The position numbers and the translations under genes are program-made. From positions 1,234,370 to 1,298,369 of the forward strand of contig JAAOMT010000226.1 of the NCBI GenBank assembly GCA_016748015.1: a stretch of DNA of 64,000 nucleotides. The letters run 5' to 3'. Of this stretch, positions 50,901 through 64,000 are shown in pieces (positions within the stretch are counted from its first letter, which is position 1; the number at the start of each line of letters is the position of its first letter). The notes under the pieces were generated by a model. The model made no database searches and was not told the origin of the DNA. It saw nothing but the letters and a program-made list of their open reading frames with translations. This DNA is from Geosiphon pyriformis uo1. Lineage: Eukaryota; Fungi; Glomeromycota.

Positions 50901-53900
50901 CTACCAAGTCTCATGAGCCAACAATAAGCACAATAAACTACTGTTTATACTCTTATGGGATGACAAGGAAAAGAGAAAGCAAAAAAAGGAACTTATTTGG
51001 AATAATGATCAAATATTGTGGACTGACAATAATTAGGATAAGCTGACACTAATTTGGAAGTGGAAAGAAACCAAAAAAAGGAAAGAAAAAGAAAAAGAAA
51101 AAGAGCCAGCACTAGCAACTATTACAACTTATACCCCATATATCTATACCCTACCACAACTGTCTAACTATTGCCAATTGAAACTAGTGTATATCAATTA
51201 TGGCAAGAAATTGTTATCAATAGATGCATACTGTAGTGATGATAAAAAATACCTAATGGCAACAAAATTTTATTGTTGTCTTTATATTTTTAAACAATTT
51301 GAATGACCAAAAAGACAAGAAAAATAGGATAATGAGTCTTGTCTTGCCTATAAAATTATCTTGTCTGATGAAAAAATGTGAAATAACATTCCTGGGCATA
51401 AAAGAACATGCAATGAAACATGTTAGTATATTATCTTAATAAACAATTGAGTACAAAAAAAAACTCCAATTAATAATGCATGGAAAAGAGTGTTGTAATA
51501 ATTGAAAGAATATCCCCACAATAAACATAAGATTTGGAGAATAGTGAATGTAAAAGCAGAAGATGCAATAATCAGTAAACTACTAGAAATTAAAAACAAC
51601 TTCTTATTACTTCCAGAATCTAAATATGTCCAAACTTTTAACATTTTTGACAACATTGAAGATAATTTCAAAGAATTCCACAAACATTACCAACAACTGG
51701 TCTCAACAAAAGAAAAGCAAAAACAATGGCTAGAGCAGTTGAATATTAGATTATGTCAATATTGTTTAATTTTCAGTAATTTTGAATATTGTGATAATTG
51801 TGATCTCATTTACAATCTACCACTACACATAATCTATACAATTCCAAAAGAGAAAAAACCAATAAACAGCTGCACATTAGAATCAAATTTCAATCCCAAT
51901 TCAAACTCCAACAATGATAACAATGATAACAACAGTTCTAGCACTATTTAAAATAGCAACCAAAATAACAATGATTTAAATCCTGAACTATATATTGTGC
52001 TTCTTGATTTCACCAAGAAGCAGGAACTAAAATAGTTCAGTAACAATATTGAAGATATTATGTTAGAATGTATGTATAATACTGATGTTGGATTTAATTT
52101 GAGATATTCAGTAAAGAATACCATTAAATTAGAACCATATTCACACATACGCATTGATCTTAAAATAGCACTGGAAATCTTAGCAACAACAATGATTCAA
52201 CTAGCATCAAGGAGTAGTTTAGCAAAAAAAGGAATCAACATCAAAGAAGGAATAATTAATACAGGATATATAAGAAATATTATTGCAATGCTACAAAATG
52301 ACTCAGAAAAAGAATACATTATAGAACCAAATAAAAAGATAACACAAGCAATATTTCTATCTCTGGTTAAGATAATGCAGTTAGTATCAGTAGAAAAAAA
52401 GGAAAAATTAGGGATAACAGCAAGAGAGATAAGTGAATTCAGATTTACAGGTAAAATAGATATACCAATTAATATGGCAGAAAAAAGAATCATTAACAAG
52501 AGAAAAATTATTTTCATCTGTCAATCAGTTTCTATTCCATCATATAACAGACATATGTTAGTATGAGAAAGAAAAATAAAAGACCAGGCACAGATTTTTG
52601 AAGCAGAACTGACCATTTGTGAATCAGAAGAGATTGGGCTTACCAATTTTTACATATCAGTCAAAAGCAAAAACCACATCAAAATTCTTATCTATAACAC
52701 AACAAGAAATGTTATTGAAATACCAAAAGGAACTACCATTGAATATTTAAGCATAAAAGTTGAAGATCAACCACCAAACACCATTTCAGATTTTTCACAG
52801 TTTTGTGAATATGTAGATATTATATTACAAACAATCTATGGATGGAACAAATGTTATTTGTTTCAACCAGAATAATTAGAACAGATGAACTTGAAAAATT
52901 TAGACCCACTTTAATGGATGCAACTCAAAATGCTACTTAACAATTTTACTGATATTTTTGTGAGTGAAAATGAATTTGGCAGAACTAACATAATTTAACA
53001 TCAGATCAAGACTGAAGATGCCATGCCAGTAAAACAAAGAGCATACTGAGTACCACTAGCAAGCCATAAAATCATTCGACAAAAAATCAATTGAATGTTA
53101 AACAACAGATTAATTCAACTATCAATGAGTCCATGGTCATCACCAATGGTACTAATCTGGAAAAAAAATGAAAAAATCTGCTTTTGTGTGAATTACAGAA
53201 AACTCAATAAAGTAACTTATAGAGACAGTTACTTAACTCCATGGATTCAAGAACTATTCAATGCTTTTGGAGTAAAGAAATGGTTTTTGACATTGAATTT
53301 AGACAGCAATAACTGACAAGTAGCCATAAATTCAGTTAATAAAGAAAAAACCACATTTACAACAAGAAAGGAAAATTTTGAGTTTGAAGTAATGCTATTT
53401 GGCTTAATAAATGCTCCAGTCATATTCTAATGGCTTATGAAAATTGTTTATACCAAACTGCTATGGAAATCAGTAATCATATATCTGAATAACACCAACA
53501 TGTTTTCCAAGACATTTAATAATTATTTGTATCATCTCCAATAAGTATTTGAAAGACTAAAAAGAGCCGGATTAAAGTTGAATGCAATTAAGTGTTTCTT
53601 TAGAAAAACTAAACTCAAGTTTTTGGAACATATTGTGAGCAAAGATGGCATTAAAACAAATCCAGACAAAATTAAGATAGTTAAAAACTTTTCAGTACTC
53701 ACTAACTTAACTGAACTGCAAGCATTCTTGAAATTCACAAGTTACTACTGCTACTTTATTAAAAACTTTTTCAAATTGGCTCAACCATTTTACCAGCTTT
53801 AAACCAAGAATATTGGATATAAATGAACAGAAATCCAGCAAGAAGCTTTTAATATATTGCAAAAAAAGCTTATTTAAGCTTTAGTACTAATCTATTCAGA

Positions 53901-55751
53901 TTATAGCAAGCCATTTATAATTATAACTGATGCATTAGGTCAAGCATTGAAAGTAGTACTATCTCAAAAATAATCAGATAAAAGAGAACATTCAGTAGTA
54001 TATGCTAGTCACAGCTTGAATCTAGTAGAAAAAAACTATAGAACACCAACATTAAAACACTTAGCAATCTATTGGGCAGTCATAAAATAGAAGGAATACT
54101 TAAACCAGAAATTTGATATATATACTGATCACAAAGAATTAACATCAATTCAGAAACAAGAATTCGGAGATGACCACTATGCCTGATAGAAAATAGAAAT
54201 TTCATTATTTAAATATATTATACACTACAAAAAAGAAAAAAAAAATGGAAATACCAATGGTTTGTCACAAATGAGACAGATCTAAGAACATTCTAATTTA
54301 AAAATATAACGAAAAATGAATACACAAAAATATCAACAACTTCAATATTTTATAAATACTTAACAGTTTAAAAAAAAATTATCTTAAAAGGAATGAAATC
54401 ATATCAAACAACAGTCCAAATATTTTATTGCTTACCAAAATATACTTTATCAAAAAAACAAAAAGAATCCAGATTAACCAATCAGAATAATCACAAAATC
54501 AGAGAAAGAAACAATATTATTCAACATGCATTCTGATCCAACAACAGGACATTTTCACAAAGAAGCAACTATAGAAAGAATTAGAAAGAGATACTATTGG
54601 TCATCAATGTATCTAAAAATTATCTAATATGTTCAAAATTGTGATACTTGTCAAAGAAGAGAAGAAATAAGACCAAGCAAACTATTAAGACCAATTAAAG
54701 TGGAACAACCATTTGATCACATTGGAATTGACTTAGTTGGACCATTAATAATCACCAGTAGAGGCAACAGATATATTGCAGTAGCCATGAATTATCTCAC
54801 AAAATGGCCAGAAGTGAAAGCAATTAAAAAAGCAGATACAGAATTTATAGCCAAATTCATTCATCAAGATCTAATTTGTCAACATGGATGTCCAAAAAAA
54901 TTGTTATCAGATCAAAAAACTCACTTTGTAAACAAAACACTAGCAAAATTAAGTCAAAAATTTGGAATCAAAAGACCACTATTATCATCATATCATCCAC
55001 AAACCAATGGTTTAGTTGAAAAATTCAACAGAACATTATGTAAAGCAATTGCCAAAATCAGCCAAAAAAACCAGAATGAATAGAATTTATTGATACTATT
55101 AGTATTATTTGCTTATTGGACAATGAAGCAAGATACCACTTAAGTGACACCATTTAAATTAGTATATAATAGAACTGCAATATTACCAGTTGAAATAGAA
55201 GTTAAAACATATCCAATAGAACCAATAATAGAAGACAATTTTCAAGAAACATTATTAAGAAGAATGTATGACTTAATAGAAACATTGGAAAACAAATGAT
55301 GAAAAACAGCTGACAATATTCAAAAGTTACAAGCAAAACAAAAAAATGACATAATAACCAATTACCAGATAAACCAGTCAAATTCAGGATTGGAGACAAA
55401 GTACTGTTATATTATACCAAAACAAAAAAACAATAGAGTAAAAAATTTGACTCCAAATGAGATGAACCATTTTACATTGAAAAAATTCTAGAAAATGGAG
55501 CTTATAAATTAAGATAAAACAACAAAATCTTAACCAAAGCAGCACATAGTAATCAACTGAAACCATATTACCATATAGTATTATCATTCACCAATAATAT
55601 TTCACAATTAGGAATACAATAAATACTAGTCCAACCAGATAAGATTCCACAAAATCTGGAACCAATCATAATCATTGAACCAAACACGTTAAAGTAAACA
55701 ACCAAAAGAATATATAAAGACATAGTATATGTGATAAAAGCAACAAAAAAA

Positions 55752-56379
55752 ATGGAAATACCAGATCATATTTACACTTTAGCTCAACAATTATTTCAGG
55801 CCTTAAGTTAATAGCAATTAAACATGGAAATTGTTATCAACCACCAAACTATCTGTTATTAAAACATCAAACAAAAAAAAAAGTACACTATACCAATGAC
55901 CATAGAAACAATCAAAAAACTGGTCAGATAAAATAGTAGAGAAAGTAAAGAACACTTTTGGAAAAATACTTATTATGGTTTCAACAGAAAAACTTTCAAA
56001 AAAAAATTGAAAACAATGGACAGAATAATTTTTAATACTATACTGTTACTATCAGTTGGAACAAAAATTAAACATTTAGAAATTATATTTTGATAAAACC
56101 AAAAGAATATTCAATCAAGAAATAATACAGAATATTGAAAATATTATCAGAAAGAAGACAAATCTAATACTGCACATTAAAACAATCTATTGACTACACA
56201 CAATATTTCAAAATTACTCAGAAATATTGTTACATCCTAACATAAAGACAATTACCATTAACCAATAGGGAAGAATAAACAATACACAAATCAAAAATAT
56301 AAGAAACAAAGTTAAACAAACAGTATTAGAAAAAGAAGTATTGGACTTAATTCAAAGTGAAAATTTTAACAGAGCTTAA
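55752..56379 (+). pseudogene. ORF3 of Gypsy C, disrupted
   Basis: MEIPDHIYTLAQQLFQAL...IVINHQTICY aligns with B's MIIPQNIQQISQKLMLAL...IMINKNQINY; ends just before the PPT. Confidence 0.75.
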
Positions 56380-58113
56380 TATTAAAAGGAGGAGATAATA
56401 TTACTCATAAAAAAAAATATAAAAGAAAATAGTAAGAAAACAGATAGACCAATAGGAGAGTAGTAGTTAGCACATGAGCACATTGTTCAGCAATGTGGAG
56501 CAATATTAGAAATTACAGCACATTGCTTAACAATGTGGAGCAATGTCAGAAAATTAGGACATATTGCTTAAAAAATTATAGCACATTGCTCAAAAATGTG
56601 AGCAATCTCATAAAACCTAAATTATGTATATATAGCAAAAACATTAGAAGCAGAAAAAACAGAATTACTACCAAAACCTTTCCATTACTATATTTATATT
56701 AGAATCATCAATATCAATAAATAATTATTTGCTATCCAAATTATTCTTCTTACTATCAACACTTTATGTTAATAGTATCTATTACTTGATTATACTGGAA
56801 CAATAGCTCTTAATCACGATTATTAATAGGATACTAACTTAATTGCCTTGGCTTATTTGATTAATTTCTTTATGTTTCCTATTTTTCATTTCTTTGTTTG
56901 TTTTACTAATTGATTAAAAATTAAAAGTGCTAAGTTACAGATATTATAGAGACTAATAAAAGACCCGTGAAATAAGAATAAAGAACTCATAGATTTGAGA
57001 ATAGCTTACCAAGAGAATTACTGATCATTATGCTGAGAAAAAATTTGACAGAATTGTGATTTCAAGAGGCTACTAAAACAACAATTGAATCTCTGTTCAT
57101 TATACAAAGAACTCAACCAAAACCTTTAGATTACCAAAATTTTCAATTATTAACAACCAGATCAGTCATTAAGCACCAAGTTATGAGTTTGTTATTTGAT
57201 TTGAGACCTCAAATAAACACTTATAACAACAAGTAATAGATTTAATATTAAATATATTAAATAAATAACTAAATAAAATACAATCAAGATTATAATACTT
57301 TACCAAATTTATTATTATCAACTGTGTTTTTAACATGATTAAAAATAATATTAAAGAAAAGAATAATTAAGGAGGCAGTATTATTTAAACTAGCTAATAT
57401 TTTGACCATAATATTCTTAAATAATTTAAAAAATTTAACAATTTTATTAAAGACAGCCTATTAATTGTATAAAATGGCATATTAATAAAAGTCAATATAA
57501 GTGTTAATAAGAGTGTTTAATGCTTATAAATTTACAATTAAATTTTTTGTATTCAAAATATATGGAATTAAAAATAAATGATTTGTCAATTTAAGAAATA
57601 ACCTATTTTTGATCATGTTATAAGTAGAATTTTACTGAATAGAACAATTCAAAATGAGTTTATAGTATTTAATTTAACATGTATTACAAGTATATTTAAG
57701 GAGTTCAAAACATTAAAATAAAATATAAATTGCAAAGTTAAGTTTCCTAATTTTTAATTTATATAAAGTTTACATTAAAAAAATTTCAGATAAATATATT
57801 TGGTTTGGGTTTTTAATAAATATCTTGAAAACATTATTTTTTATTTTATCTAAGACTACTTGTACTGCCAAGTTTAGAATATAATTAAAGTATTAAAATT
57901 GAAGATTCTTTAAGTTTCATTAAATGTTTTTTTTCTAATTTTTTTATTAACTTTTTTATAAAAGTACTATTATTTGTGGTATTATTAAAAGTAATAGCAA
58001 AAAGCTGTCAAAAAAAATTAGGTTATAACTAATAAAATTAATAGTAAACTTGTATAAAAAGAGGGTAAATATAACTTTTTCTTAAACTTTTTTCTTAACT
58101 TTTTTGGCTGAAA

Positions 58114-58445
58114 TTTGGCTCAAAACAATAATAAAAACCACTTAAATTAATATTAAGAAAATATGATTTTCAATAATATAGACACTGTAATAACTCTAAG
58201 TCTCAAATAATGCTAATACTAAAAATTCAGCTCTAAATCAATAATAAAAACCAACTTAAGTCAACATTGAAAAAATGTAATTTTTGATGATATAAACACT
58301 GTAGTAATTCTAAGCCTCAGATGATATTAATGTTAAAAATTCAGCTTTAAAATAATAATAAAAACCAATTTAAACTAACATAGAAAAAATGCAATTTTTA
58401 ATAATATGAATACTATAGTAATTTTAAGTCTTAAATAATATTAAT
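58114..58445. repeat. about 113-bp tandem repeat x3 inside the hAT transposase region
   Basis: Units start at 58114, 58226 and 58340 (TTCAGCT...AATAATAAAAACC...TTCTAAG). Confidence 0.85.
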
Positions 58446-61400
58446 ATGCTGTATAATGTGTTAATTTTATTATTAGTTATTAACTAATTCAAATTTATAT
58501 AAAAATATATATACTTATCTTTGATATAATTTTATAATCTTTTAATACTTTAAAAAATTTATTTGCAATGTTTATTTTATCATATTATTTACTTATTAAT
58601 ACAAAATTAATTATTGTTTATTAAAAGTTTTAATTGTTATTAATATAATAAGTAATAACAAAGACAAAGATTTTGTTATTAAAAAATGTTCAGAGATCTA
58701 ATGTAAAAAAAATTTTGGACTTAATAATATCTAAATATATCTATTATATTATAAGTATGGATAAAAAAAAGAGATATTTTATAATAAAAATAGTACTTAT
58801 TTTTAATTCTTGTTTACCCAAAACATAGAGTTTCATAATTTTATTTTTAATTGCATCAACACAAACAGATTGAGAAGTAAGTTCAAATATTAGAATATTT
58901 TAATTAATTTAAAATCTTTTACTATAAGAAGTAATTACTAATAGTTAATAAGCTAAATAGTAATTATATTACAAAGTTTTTCATTATTAACATTAATAGC
59001 AGTTACTACAAAAAACTAAAGCAGTTTTTTAGTTAGATTGGCCAAAAATTATAAAAAAAATAACAATCTCATATGTTAAAATATTTTTTTAATTAACTTA
59101 TAATCTTTCTTAATATTTTGTTTTTTCTTATAATATTTTTTATTATAACATATATTATTTGGTAAAAAGTTTCTAAATAGTCTTATAAAAGCTTAGTAGT
59201 ACTTATAGTTTCACAAAAAAATGGTTTATGTATATATTTTAAGATCATATATTTAGCTGTTTTTTTTTTCATCTATTCAAACTTATCAAAATAGTCTTAT
59301 ACTTTATTCTAAAAATTATGTTTACCAAATATATTAATATTTGAACTATTTGGGTTATCAAATTCTGTTATTTTGAATTTTGAATTTTAAATCTTTAATA
59401 ATATTAGATAATGCTAACAATAAATTCATTTTGATAAGTTAAAAAGTAAAGTTGTTATATATGTATAGTTTTATATATCTTTTTAACTAATTATAATAAT
59501 TAATGAACAAATAATACAAGTTATATTTTTTTTAATTTTATTAAACTTAAACAAGTTTGTAAACTTCAGACTTGTCAAAAAAATTTAATGCCAAACTCAA
59601 ACCAAATCTACTTTGAAAAATTGGTTTGGTTTAAGTTCAGTTTATAATTTAAACCAAACTTAAACAACACCCAAAGTTTGATTCAGTTTGGTTTAATTAG
59701 AACTTTAAATTTCAGAATTTTTTTAAAAAAATTAAAGAATTTCTCTTAAAAAATTAAAGAATTTCAAGAAATTTTGTATAACAGAAATTATGTATATATA
59801 TTAATAGTATCAAAAACAAAAAAAAACAGACAAGTTCTAACAGATAAGTAATTAAAATACCTCTTTTTTTAAAAGTTAATTTTCTATATTTTGAAATAGA
59901 ATTATCTAAATATTAAATAAAATTATTGTTTTATTATTTAATTTATATTATTCACATTGTTGAATTAAAATTACTATTCCCTAATTATATTAATGACTCA
60001 TGCTAATAACATTTACTACTTAACTATATTATATTAATAACTCTTAATTACAGCTATTAACAAAATATTAATTTTTTATTTCTTTTTTATTTCTTTATTT
60101 TTTTTATTTTTTATTTTTTATTTTTTTGTTGTTTACTAATTAATTAAAAAATTAAGCATTAAAATATTGACATCAAGGATAGTCTGATAAAAAACTCATA
60201 AAACAAGAATAAAAACTTAAAGATAGTTTATTAAAAGAATATAACTGCCAAAATAAATTAGTTTTTACACTAAAGAAATAAATAAAAAATTAGTATCTTG
60301 TTAATAGCTATAAATAAGAACTATTAATTTAGTGTGATTAAATAGTGAATATTATTAGAATGAATTACTAATATAGTTAGAGAATAACAATTTTAATCTA
60401 ACAATATGAATAATATAAATTAGATAATAAAACAATAATTTTATTTAATATTTAAATAATTTTACTTCAAGGTATAGAAAACTAATTTTTGAAAAGAGAG
60501 ATATTTTAATTATTTGTTTGTTAGAACTTGTTTCTCTTTTTTTGTTTCTAATACTACTATTATATATACATAATTTTTGTTATTTAAGATTTTTTGAAAT
60601 CTTTTAATTCTTTAAAAGAAATTCTAAAATTCTAAAATTCTTTAAAAATCCTAAAATTATTTTTTTTACTATGCTTATTTTTGATTGGCTGTTTTTATTT
60701 AACTATTATAACTTCTATTTTCTATAAGTAATAATAGTAAATCTTACAAGTATTTGGAAATTTTTTTGTTAATAAAAAATATATCTAAGCCAAGCTTTAT
60801 TAAGATTTTTTAAATATTAAGTTTTTTAAAATATAGTTCTTAAAAAAACTTTGTTAAACAAACAATTTTTTTATTTAATTTTAGTAATTTTACAATTTAT
60901 AGTTGATTATCAAACATATTTCAACTTTATATTTAAGAGTATATATTAAAAATAAAATGTTTTACTAAAAAAAAAGCTCAAATTTAAGACTAGTTTGTTA
61001 ACAAACTTTCTTAACAAACTTTATATCATCTATTTTTATATAAATTGGCTTTTTTTAAGTAAGTATAGACAGAATTCAAAGTAGTTTTGGTGGTTAAATT
61101 TTTTAATTCAGCAAGAATTTTTGGATATTTGTTCAAATATTGTTTTTTGAATTTACAAATTTTAAATTAAGTATTTTTGAATCTATTATAATATCTAATC
61201 AAGTTGAAAATAATTTTTGTAAATAATTTTTTAACAGATATTGTGAAAATTTTTTTGGATAACAAGATTTTATTGGTCAATAATTTGTTTAATATATTTT
61301 ATAATACTGATTTTTTTTAATATTCAGAATATTAGGAGATTTCTACTATTTTAATATAATTCACTCTTTAAAACACTTTAATATTATATTTAAGAATAAG

Positions 61401-63379
61401 TTGTTAAACAAACATAAACAAATTATAAATTAGAAAACTTTTTATTATTAAAAAAAATTGTGTTTTAAGAATCTAGTTCTAGAACTGTTTTCAGCTTTAG
61501 TTGCTTGAACTTTCTTAGCTTAAAAAAATTTTCAACCATTTGGAAGCATTTACATAATTTGTAAATAAGAATAATAAGTATTTATATTAATAATTTATTG
61601 AAAAGATTGGGCATTGCAAAAATAGCTAATAGGATTGTAACTTACTTTTCTAAAATTAAAATAAGTGTAAATATTAAGATACATAAAATATTGTCTTTAA
61701 TAATAACAGAATTATAAATAATTGCTTTGGTATTGAAATGTGTTTCGTTTTTTTGCTTAGTAATTTTGTATATAAACTGTTAAACTGCAATTAATATATG
61801 TGTTTTAAAGTTTAAGCTTAATCAGTCTAACTTTTAGAACAAGTATTGGGTAAAAATTTTAACACATAGCTAATTTAATTAGGTCAAAAAACATTTTTGT
61901 AAAGTAAATAAAAGTTAAAAACTATTTAGATAATATTAATAATAACCAAACAGATGCTTTTATATATATTATAAAACAGTTTTGTTTGGCTTTTTCTATT
62001 AGAATTTATAAAAAATTTATTTTGGCTAATAATTTGGTTATATTAAATAATACTTATCATTTTGTTTACAATATTTATTAAACAGTTTATTGTGCTCTTT
62101 GAAAAGTAAATCTTGATACAAAGATTGTAAATGGCTTATTTATTCAAAGTATAAACTAGATTTGTATTGTCTTAATTTAATATCCAGATTTTTATATACA
62201 TTTCAAGTTTATTAATAAATTTTTGGCTGTTTTTTTAAATATATTTAATGAAAACTATTTATAAAAAATTGCTTATTAGAATTAAAAAGAGGTTTTATAA
62301 CAAGAATTATTTGAACATTTTGTGTTTATTGTATAATAATATTGAACTGCCTAATTATGTATTTATTTGTTCAAAAAATGTTTTTGTGTAATTTAAAATT
62401 TTGCTTGATTATGTTAAATTGTAAAAGTCTTTAATAGAAATCTATATGCTTTTATTATTTTTAGTACTATGTATTTTTTTTAAAGATTTTAAATGTTAAT
62501 ATTTACACAATTTTGTGCAAAGATTTTGTTTTTAAGAATTGAATTAATAAAATGGTGTTGATTTTTAATAAAAAAAAAAGCTGTATTAGTAGTAATTGAT
62601 TTTATTTGTTGTTTAATTAAGAAATATTATAGTAAGTTGTAAATATTTAAATTAAAGTTTAGAATAAACATAAAAAAAAGTGGTCTAATAAATAATATTT
62701 GGTGTTTCTTGTAGTTTGTCTAGTTTTTTGTCAGTTGAAGTAATTAAATTACTGGGTATTATAAAGTTATTTGTTCTTAGTTTTGAATTATATAGAGCTT
62801 GTTTTTTTTTTTAGGTATTGATAATAGTATAAAAATTTGTATAAATTTGTAATGTTGTCTTAATTGGTTCGAATGACTGGTTATATGTAGTAAGTATATA
62901 AGCCATGTTTAGTTAAAATTACTTAGTTTGTTCTTTTGTATTAAATAATAATTAGACTGTATTTATTATATAAATAAATAAAAAAATATGTATTATATAT
63001 ATGTATATATAAAATATTATTATTAAAATAAGTTTAATTATAAAATTTATTTATAATAATAAAATAATATTTACTTATTATTTTATTAACCAATTTTAAA
63101 ATTTCAAAATTGTTGCAAAAAAAAAATATATTATAAAATAAAAAAATAACATCAATTTATTAAATATATTTGTAACCTTAATAATTTGAATTTTTTATTT
63201 GAAAAATTTATATTAATATTTTATAAAAATAGTATATAAAATATGATTAGTTATATGATTTAAGTTTTAAATTGTTTTTTAAATTTTAAATTATTAATTT
63301 ATGTAGTTATGAATTTGATTTTGTTGTGGTATTAAATTTAACAAAGTAACATGATTTAAATATATTTTGAATTTTATTG

Positions 63380-64000
63380 ATGATTTAATGCGTATAAATG
63401 TTTTATCTTTATCAGCTCAACCAGAAGTTTTTAAAACTTAATCTGGCAATTATTTACGATCATGTGAGTCAACACAAAATATAAGTTGAAATATTTTCAA
63501 TAATCCGAATTTTGGACCCTTATCTTTTAGAATGTTTGTTTGTTTGTTTCTTGCATGTTATATTGTTTTAAATAAAAATAGTAAAGAATTCATTTTAACC
63601 TTTCCCAGAACTTGTATAGCTCATACAAATTGTAAAAATAGAAACGTTGAAGTTTTGAAAATCCATGAAAAAGATTTTTTTACATGTAAGGAATAATATA
63701 TGAAGATAAATAAATATAAAAACCAGTTAAGTAAGTTCTATAAAATAATGGGCATCTTAAAACCACATCATTAATTTTAATTAAGGATTTTAGAATAGTA
63801 CGTTTCCTAAATGACAAATAACGGGTCCCCATTTCTCAGCCAATATCAGTACAGAATAAATACTAAAGCTGCTTTTTTCCATTCGTTTTATCAGGCATCG
63901 GGTAAAGATGTGGATCGGGAACAGACGAAATTGTTGGATTCTAAAACAAATGAACAATAAAAAGTGCCTGCCTTTTCCGGCTTTATCGACCACTTTCGAA
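63380..64000. other. start of non-hypermutated unique sequence (possible next host gene)
   Basis: CpG dinucleotides and GC content recover; only short ORFs with no recognisable family. Confidence 0.4.

Larger units (their letters stand above)
37345..57228 (+). mobile_element. full-length degenerate Ty3/Gypsy copy C, TSD ACAA
   Basis: 5' LTR 37345-38013 plus 47924-48086 (split by B); 3' LTR 56399-57228; ACAA at 37341-37344 and 57229-57232; PBS TGGTGCTTCC at 48089; PPT AAAAGGAGGAGA at 56384-56395. Gag, protease (LILDSS), Cys-rich domain, dUTPase (about 52040-52460), RT, RNase H, integrase (IGIDLVGPL...HPQTNGLVEKFN), ORF3. Confidence 0.95.
36461..59707 (-). mobile_element. hAT DNA transposon (segments 36461-37344 and 57233-59707), 8-bp TSD AATTTYAG
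   Basis: TIRs TAGAATTTTGAT / ATTAGAACTTTA both derive from TAGGGTTCCGAT by transitions. TSD AATTTTAG at 36453-36460 and AATTTCAG at 59708-59715. Dimerisation-domain remnant (ISEKVANKK..*WK..LAIQ..VAFECAF) at 36750-36950; BED-finger-like remnant near 59170-59240. Confidence 0.85.
36378..60733. mobile_element. palindromic LTR-derived insert with two U3 ends (segments 36378-36460 and 59716-60733), TSD ATAA/ATAG
   Basis: The right arm (about 60278-60733) is the reverse complement of the first ~460 bp of the left arm. Both ends are decayed TGTTACTCATAG. 4-bp TSD at 36374-36377 and 60734-60737. Confidence 0.75.
34087..63000 (+). mobile_element. degenerate 5'-truncated LINE ORF2 (segments 34087-36377 and 60738-about 63000), outermost layer of the nest
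   Basis: Endonuclease remnant at 34090-34700; RT FVD(N)TI at 36184-36195; reading continues across the insertion as VKH-SKSYKYLEIFL (decayed ...YLGIFL); RNase H remnant about 61570-61960; 3' UTR shared with the first LINE. Confidence 0.8.

Noticed and set aside
1-57228. Alternative genetic code or programmed readthrough explaining in-frame stops
   Set aside because: Stops fall at different places in each copy and derive from CAA/CAG/CGA/TGG by transitions; the host gene reads normally.
58114-58445. CRISPR-like array
   Set aside because: Whole units repeat with no unique spacers; eukaryotic context and no cas genes.
63790-63993. 67-aa minus ORF (and a 49-aa plus ORF from 63811) as a host gene
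   Set aside because: No recognisable family and the region is cut by the window edge, so strand and frame cannot be decided.

Overview
Eukaryotic, fungal-type, very AT-rich scaffold segment, about 90% transposable elements. The intron style and a U12-type AT-AC intron point to a non-Dikarya fungus. The retroelement proteins resemble ones I recall from the Glomeromycotina fungus Geosiphon pyriformis, but that identification is recollection and unverified. One small host island (about 10270-12700) holds an intron-containing tRNA-Arg(UCU) and a 5-exon NASP/Sim3/Hif1-type histone chaperone gene. The rest consists of (i) five Ty3/Gypsy LTR retrotransposon copies (A-E) plus solo LTRs, with 4-bp TSDs wherever both ends survive; (ii) two LINEs encoding APE endonuclease, RT and RNase H, plus ORF1-only LINE derivatives; (iii) a hAT transposon with an 8-bp TSD. 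The right half is a five-layer nest: LINE > palindromic two-U3 LTR insert > hAT > Gypsy C > Gypsy B. Three divergent Gypsy families share an unusual architecture: probable GUG start, long Gag, CCHC, protease, an uncharacterised ~200-aa Cys-rich domain, dUTPase, RT, RNase H, integrase, and (seen in B, C, E) an uncharacterised ~210-aa ORF3 before the 3' LTR. Repeats, but not the host island, show cumulative C>T/G>A-only mutation in all dinucleotide contexts, a RIP-like signature. All alignments and counts were done by eye; boundaries of the most decayed elements are approximate.
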